From the NCBI GenBank assembly GCA_965223855.1, contig CBDCXM010000008.1:608001-672000 (forward strand): DNA of 64,000 nt, read 5' to 3'. Positions 58,291 through 64,000 of the stretch are shown here, piece after piece; position 1 is the first letter of the stretch, and each line of letters opens with the position of its first letter. The position numbers and the translations under genes are program-made. The stretch is from Candidatus Multivoradales bacterium. GTDB taxonomy: Bacteria > Acidobacteriota > Thermoanaerobaculia > Multivoradales > JAHEKO01. The notes beneath the pieces are model-generated. The model searched no databases. It had not been told where the DNA came from and saw only the letters and a program-made list of their open reading frames with translations.

Positions 58291-61200
58291 GCGTCGCGTT
58301 GCGCTCCACGCTCTCGACCGACAGCCCGCACGACTCGAGCATCCCCGCGATCTCGCGCTTCGCCACCTCGCGCGAGAAGTGCCGGCGTGTGTTCGCGACT
58401 CCGCCGCCCGAAAGGCGGTACCAGAGCCACGGGTTGCGGTGCGCTCGAACGACCTGCTCGGCGAACCCCGCGACCGAATCGGCGATGAGGACGTCCCGAC
58501 CGTGTGTCAGGGCCATCCCTTCCGCTGCCGGTGTGGTCGCCACGCACGGCACGCCGTGGGCGAGACTCTGATTGACCTTCCCCTTCACCCCCGCACCGTA
58601 ACGCAGCGGTGCAACGGAGAGTCGACAACCGGAGAGAAACGGGCCGAGATCCTCGACGAAGCCGTGCACCTCGACATTCGCGCTCTCGAGTCGCTCGACC
58701 TCGGCGGTCGGCTTGCTGCCGATCACATGCAGCTTGAAACCGGGGAGCTTGTCGAGCACCCCGGGAAGCACCTGCTCGACGAACCAGCAGACCGCGTCGA
58801 CATTGGGAGGGTGCTCGAAGCCGCCGATGAAGAAGGCGTCCCTGCGGCCGAGGAAACCGCGGGTTCGACCGGGCACGTCGTGGATGTTGGAGATCAGCCG
58901 CACCGAGGCTTCCGGAGCCCGCTCGACGAGGATCTGCCGTTCGACCTCGCTCACGACGACGGTCGCGGCTGCATTCTCGATCAGCTCGAGCTCTTGCCGC
59001 TCCAACTCCTCGGCCCGGCGTGTTCTGTCGGCGTCCTCCTCGAGCCGTGCCCGGCGCTGCTCTCTCAGAAACTGGAGGTCGACGGTGTCGAAGATCACCG
59101 GCTTGCCCTGGAAGACCTCCGACACCACAGGGAAGACGTCGTCGGCGACGTGGAAGCGGCACAGCATCGCCGCGTCGAAACGATGGGCCTGCCTCTCGAT
59201 GAAGTCCTGGAGCGATTCGACCCACGGCCGCGACACGACCTCGATGCCCCGGCGCCGCAGCGCCGCGGCGTACGGCTCGTTCGCCAGCAGATTCTCAGGC
59301 ACCAGGGTGATCCCGACTCCGAGCTCTCCGAGCAGGTCGAGGAGGTGCATCATTCTGAGCGACCCCGAGTCCTGATCAGGAGTCGGCAGCCGGTGGTCGA
59401 TGACCAGCAGTCGGAGTCCGTGACCGGGAGTGCCGCTACCGGAAGCGAGCCTGCTCTCGGAGACTCTTCGGCCGACAAGATCCGCGGTCGTCGGTTCGTC
59501 GCAGACAGCGACGCATCGCGGGTGCAGATAGGCCCGGCCTCCCCGCTCTTCGAGGAGCTTCACGAGGGGCGCGAGGGCGTCGCGATCGAAGAGCTGCGAA
59601 TCGCGGTCGAGCACCCCCAGCAGCGACGACTTCGGCGCGGCGAGGATCCCGGGCGGCGGCACCGCGACCGGTCGCACGAAGCTCGATTCGAGGCCGTAGC
59701 CGTTCTGCTCGTCGATCAGCACTCCGCGGGCCGTACCCTCGCTCGCGACCCCCTCGCTCGCGAGAAGCTCCCCCTCCGCGTCGCGCAGGCACGGTGCGAC
59801 AAACGATCCGGGGGGAAGAGCATCGACCGTCGTCGCCAGCTCTCCGGCATCGTCGGCACTGATCGACAGACCCTGCTGAAGGACCACCGCCCGCGAGGCG
59901 CGACTGCGGCGGAGACTCTGCCGGATGCCCCGCGTCGCGGAGCTCGAAGACCGGTAGTGCCACAGCGGGTGCTTTCTGAGCGCCTCTCCTAGACCGCGGG
60001 AGACGCCACAGTCGACGACGTGGAACTCGAACCGATTCGAGCTGGCGAGCGCGACGAGACTGCGCAGGCTCGCGAGCGCCCGCTCGCCACCGTCGCGCAG
60101 CACGAGGACCCAGGCGACGTCGGCCCCCCCGACCGGGTTGCCAGCCGATTCGACGCCCGAGCCGATCGCCTCGAGCTCCGCAGCGAAGTGACGCTGCTCG
60201 GCGTCGACGCCGCCGAACCAGCGGCCGAGCGTTCGGGTGATGCGCTGGTAGCCCCTCCAAGGAAGACTCTCGGTCAGCCCCCGGACCTGCAGGACCGATC
60301 GCTCGATGGAGCTCAGTCGCCGGCCGTGATCGGCGTATCCCTGCGCTACCCACTCGGTGCCTTCGGCCAGTACCACCAACTGACGGCGCTGCGACTCGAG
60401 CGCCTGTTCGCCCTCGGCGACCCGGTCGCTCAGCGACTCCGCTTCCGCACGCAGCCTCTCGCTCGCCGACTCGAGTCGCTCGAGGTCCGAGGCGAGCCGG
60501 ATCGCGCTGTCACCCTGCCAGCGCAACCGCGCGTCGATCCCGGCAGCCTCAGCGGCCGCCTCGTCGAGCGCGTCGCGCGTCCGCCGCAATCCGCGCTCCG
60601 CCTCCTTGCGAGCGGCCGCCGTAGCCTCGTCGAGCCGGCGCCGATCGAGCGCAGCCTCGTCCAGACGCCGGTCGAGCCATCCCGTCACCTCCACCAGGTC
60701 GTCGGCCCGCGAAGAGAGCGTCCGGGTAGCCGCCTCGATCCGCTCCAGATCCTTCAGCCGCTCGAGGAACTGCCGGTCGCGCTCGTCGGTCTCACGCTGG
60801 AAGCGCTCCGCCTTGCGGATGCGCTCCTCGATCTCGGCTCGCAGCTGTGCGACCACTTCGCGCTGCCGCTGCGCCTCCCGCTCGAGCTCCTCGGCGCGCT
60901 TCGAGCGCTCTTCCATGCTCTGACGCAGATCGCTCAGTCGGCGACGACCCTGCTTGACCTCCTCGTCGAGCTCGAGCGCCCAGCGGGTGCGCTCGTCGAA
61001 CTCCTCCTGGAGCGTGCCGAGACGCGACGACTTCTCGTCCACCTCTTCTGCCAGCGCCTGCGCCCAGCGTGTCCGGTCCTCGAGCTCCTCCTGCAGCTCG
61101 TGGACGCGGTGGGTCCGCTCCCGGAGCCGGTTGGCCCGACCGACGACGTACTCCCCTCGCAGCGCCTGTCGCACCCGCTCCTCGCGGTGACCGCAGAAGG

Positions 61201-61852
61201 CGAAGAAGTAGTCGCAGGTCTCGCGCAGGTCGGACTCGTCGCCGAGGGCGAGGGGTTGCGCTACACCCGCGCCGGTAGTGAGCGGCTCGAAGAGCGCCCC
61301 CTCGGTCGTCATCTGCCCGAGCATCTCGACGTGGGGAAAAGCCCCCGACAGAAGCTCCAGGAACTCGTCGTAGTAGAACTCCCGGACGTGAAACGGATTG
61401 ACCGCCTCCGGCCGCTCGTCCCGGTAGGTGCGTCGGTTCGGCGTCGAGACGAGAAACAACCCGTCGTCCGCGAGCAGGCGGCTCGCCGCCGAGATCAGCG
61501 CCTCGGGCCGCTCGACATGCTCCACCAGCTCGAAGGCGGCGACGATGTCCGCCGATCGGTCCGGAAGGCACGGCTTGCGCGCATCCGCGACCACGAAGTG
61601 CGCTCCACGCCCGGCGAACCGGCGGCGGGCGTAGGAGACCGCCTCCGGCGCCACATCGAGCGACGTGACCCTGGCCGCCCCCGCCTCGAGGAGACGCCGA
61701 CTGCCGTATCCCGTGCCACAGCCGAGATCGACGACGAAGCGCCCCTCCACGAGCCGTGAGGCGATCGCATAGCGGGCCTCGTGCTCGAACTCGACCTGGC
61801 GGTCGCTCCTTCCGGGTACGACCCGCTCGCCGGTGAACTCGAGGTCACTCAC
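58283..61852 (-). CDS. Methyltransferase-coiled coil-GT2-like-GT4 fusion
   Basis: FTGERVVP, VVDLGCGTGYG, long heptad region, PTPDQDSGSLR, FIGGFEHPPNVDA and APLRYGAGVKGK motifs. Confidence 0.88.
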   Translation of the reverse strand: MSDLEFTGERVVPGRSDRQVEFEHEARYAIASRLVEGRFVVDLGCGTGYGSRRLLEAGAARVTSLDVAPEAVSYARRRFAGRGAHFVVADARKPCLPDRSADIVAAFELVEHVERPEALISAASRLLADDGLFLVSTPNRRTYRDERPEAVNPFHVREFYYDEFLELLSGAFPHVEMLGQMTTEGALFEPLTTGAGVAQPLALGDESDLRETCDYFFAFCGHREERVRQALRGEYVVGRANRLRERTHRVHELQEELEDRTRWAQALAEEVDEKSSRLGTLQEEFDERTRWALELDEEVKQGRRRLSDLRQSMEERSKRAEELEREAQRQREVVAQLRAEIEERIRKAERFQRETDERDRQFLERLKDLERIEAATRTLSSRADDLVEVTGWLDRRLDEAALDRRRLDEATAAARKEAERGLRRTRDALDEAAAEAAGIDARLRWQGDSAIRLASDLERLESASERLRAEAESLSDRVAEGEQALESQRRQLVVLAEGTEWVAQGYADHGRRLSSIERSVLQVRGLTESLPWRGYQRITRTLGRWFGGVDAEQRHFAAELEAIGSGVESAGNPVGGADVAWVLVLRDGGERALASLRSLVALASSNRFEFHVVDCGVSRGLGEALRKHPLWHYRSSSSATRGIRQSLRRSRASRAVVLQQGLSISADDAGELATTVDALPPGSFVAPCLRDAEGELLASEGVASEGTARGVLIDEQNGYGLESSFVRPVAVPPPGILAAPKSSLLGVLDRDSQLFDRDALAPLVKLLEERGGRAYLHPRCVAVCDEPTTADLVGRRVSESRLASGSGTPGHGLRLLVIDHRLPTPDQDSGSLRMMHLLDLLGELGVGITLVPENLLANEPYAAALRRRGIEVVSRPWVESLQDFIERQAHRFDAAMLCRFHVADDVFPVVSEVFQGKPVIFDTVDLQFLREQRRARLEEDADRTRRAEELERQELELIENAAATVVVSEVERQILVERAPEASVRLISNIHDVPGRTRGFLGRRDAFFIGGFEHPPNVDAVCWFVEQVLPGVLDKLPGFKLHVIGSKPTAEVERLESANVEVHGFVEDLGPFLSGCRLSVAPLRYGAGVKGKVNQSLAHGVPCVATTPAAEGMALTHGRDVLIADSVAGFAEQVVRAHRNPWLWYRLSGGGVANTRRHFSREVAKREIAGMLESCGLSVESVERNATRV

Positions 61853-62415
61853 GACACGGGACTCCGGATCGGCCGGGAGATTCGGTCGCTCGCACTACCG
61901 AGACGTTCGTCAACATGCACTCCTACGGTTCGATCGGGCCCGTTCGCCAGTGTAGCAATACCCGCATGGACGTGGCCCGGATCACCCAATCATCCCAGCC
62001 GAACCCGCCATCCTTGGAGTCAGTTTCCAGTTCGCTGAGTCCGGTTCAGGTGGCAACGGTGCCGGCCGGTGACAGGCAGCCGCTGTCGAATCAGCAACGG
62101 CTGCGCCACTTGACGACCAGATCACGGCGGGGCGCCGGAGAGCCAGCACCAACCTCGAGATTCCGGCAGGGCCTCGATGCGCTTCAGTTGGGGGCAGGCG
62201 ACCTGTCATGAGGAGATCGCGGATTCCCGGCAGCTTCTTCTCAGACCGGGAGGAGCCGACCCAGTTGAATCAGAGAGAGCTGATACCCGAAGTGCCTGGT
62301 CTTCGCGATCCCTACGGTGCCTCCGCATGAAGCGAAGGCTTCGAACCATTGATGCGCGATGAAGCGACGATGGGCGCACCGACCGCGCGACCCGTTTTCT
62401 GGAACGGCTGGAGTA

Positions 62416-64000
62416 GTGGCGAAACCGATCAGGCACCTCCGAGGGCTGGCGAGACGCCATCCCCGTCGTGTGCTCTTCGTCGCGTTCCTCGTTCACTGGT
62501 TGGCCCGACTGCCCTTCCTGCTCCAGCGCAAACTGCCGGTCGTCCAGGGAGACGAGTTCAACTACCTGTGGAAGGCGCTGAATCTCGTCCTCTACGGCAG
62601 CTACTTCGCTCCAACTCCGGACCTCGATGCCCCCAACCACGGAGCGCCACTGGTAAGCCTGCTCTTCTCCCTTGGGCATCTCGTCCCCGACCCCGAGCTC
62701 GGCTACCGCATCACTCTGGCGATCAGCGCTCTCGCCACCTCGGCGATCGTCTTTCCTGCCTTCAGGATCGCTCGCACAGTGTTTCGAAGACACCACCTCC
62801 TCATTGCCTTGATGGCTTCGGTCAGTGGCGTGGCTTGGACTCATTCGTTCGCCGCAAAGTCAGAGGGACCCTACCTGCTGCTCGTGATGGAAGTATTCGC
62901 AGCCTATTGCGTCTACTGGCAACGACCTGGAGTCTCGACCGCACTCCGCCTGAGCATGCTGGCGACGTTGCTCCCACTGCTTCGCTATCAGGGGTTGGGG
63001 ATCCTCGGTGCTCTTGCGATCGCGGGCGCGCTGAGCACCACCTCCGGTCGGTTGCGACTTGCATCCGCAAGAGATCTGGCGAGGAGTTGCATCCTCTGGG
63101 CTCCAGGGGTCTCCGCCTACCTCTGCTGGTTGACGTACCTCGGTCGACATCGCTACGCCTCTCTCGAGTCCCCTGGCCATCTGCCACAAACCGTCGCGAA
63201 CTACCTCCTCCAAGTACTCGACTCGGGCGTTCCACTACTGCATGCGTGCGAAGTCGCGATGGGCAAGCTGATGGCACAAACCGCCTACGTCAACCTGGCT
63301 ACGGGCAACCTAACAGTACTTGCAGCAGTGGTCTGGCTATTCTCGCCTTCACCTGAGAGCGGCCCTGCGGAATCCACGGTTCGGAGCGCAAGCTCTCTTC
63401 GTCCCGTTCCAGCTCTCCTCCTCTTCTGTGCGGCCACGATAGTGACAAGCACGGTCTACATCTACGTGGTGTGGGCGACAGGAGCGACGGCCGCTCGCTA
63501 CGACATGTACGGACGATACGTCGATCCAGTCGTACCGCTGGCGAGCCTCCTCGCGTTGGGCTACCTAGTCAACCTGAGGACCTTCCGTCCTACTCGACCC
63601 GCTGCCCTGGTCCTGGCGCTCACACTCTTCACCGCCTACTTGGTGCTTCCCACGTCGATCGAGACTCCTCACTTCCTGAACCCTGGAGCCCTCTGGTACT
63701 CCACCCTCGGTTTTTCCGGCCCGCTCGTTCCCAGTCTCGTCGGGCTGGCGATGGGCCTTCTCATCTGGCGTCTCTCCCCGATTCGACGACGCATCGCCAT
63801 AACCCTGGTCAACTGCACCATCGCCCTCCTGAGCGGCCATGCAGCCACCATGGCGCTGTCCTCCGAGGAGGCGAGACTCGAAGAGGTGGCAAGGCCCTTG
63901 AGAGCCCTCAGGCCCAAGGCTGCTCGCATCTTCATCACCGAGGACAACTCTCCCCAGGTCCGCTATATCGCCCGGTTCCTCCTGCCACGAAGAATCGGCG
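62416..64000 (+). CDS. Polytopic membrane GT-C (ArnT/PMT-like) glycosyltransferase, partial; absent from the ORF track
   Basis: Frame open from 62353 to the window end (start ATG 62359 or GTG 62416). PVVQGDEFNY, KSEGPY, LRYQG and YGRYVDPVVPL motifs; many TM segments. Confidence 0.72.
   Translation, partial: MAKPIRHLRGLARRHPRRVLFVAFLVHWLARLPFLLQRKLPVVQGDEFNYLWKALNLVLYGSYFAPTPDLDAPNHGAPLVSLLFSLGHLVPDPELGYRITLAISALATSAIVFPAFRIARTVFRRHHLLIALMASVSGVAWTHSFAAKSEGPYLLLVMEVFAAYCVYWQRPGVSTALRLSMLATLLPLLRYQGLGILGALAIAGALSTTSGRLRLASARDLARSCILWAPGVSAYLCWLTYLGRHRYASLESPGHLPQTVANYLLQVLDSGVPLLHACEVAMGKLMAQTAYVNLATGNLTVLAAVVWLFSPSPESGPAESTVRSASSLRPVPALLLFCAATIVTSTVYIYVVWATGATAARYDMYGRYVDPVVPLASLLALGYLVNLRTFRPTRPAALVLALTLFTAYLVLPTSIETPHFLNPGALWYSTLGFSGPLVPSLVGLAMGLLIWRLSPIRRRIAITLVNCTIALLSGHAATMALSSEEARLEEVARPLRALRPKAARIFITEDNSPQVRYIARFLLPRRIG

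Overview
High-GC, densely coding window. The gene repertoire (Acidobacterial-type VWA proteins, wHTH/HTH-TPR membrane regulators, Oar-type TonB receptor, CRTAC1/FG-GAP proteins, C-terminal IFxDGFESG tails) suggests Acidobacteriota; this is inference, not a search result. Housekeeping genes include thyA-folA, msrB, a 7Fe ferredoxin, an SDR, a Thr/Ser dehydratase, an MsbA-like ABC transporter, YbaK and TlpA. There are many secreted or lipoproteins (alpha-2-macroglobulin with intact CTEQ, a 9-repeat Ig-like surface protein), and a surface-glycan locus begins at the right end. No rRNA, tRNA, CRISPR array or transposase was seen. Strongest unexplained signals: (1) three copies of a 185-200 bp rod-shaped hairpin element with compensatory base changes, bounded by CTAG motifs that double as stop codons of flanking genes, with a matching empty CTAG double-stop site at 8939; (2) a small stand-alone transcription unit at about 15.0-15.27 kb with a 16-nt match to the 16S rRNA 3' tail, a 14-codon ORF and mutually exclusive folds; (3) a shared C-terminal FxDGFESG(D/N)xxxWS tail on two unrelated secreted proteins plus a decayed third copy, a candidate sorting signal; (4) helically phased operator-like repeats beside two HTH-TPR regulators; (5) a nitrilase-family enzyme lacking the catalytic Lys. 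Several single-base insertions in 3-base homopolymers may be assembly errors.
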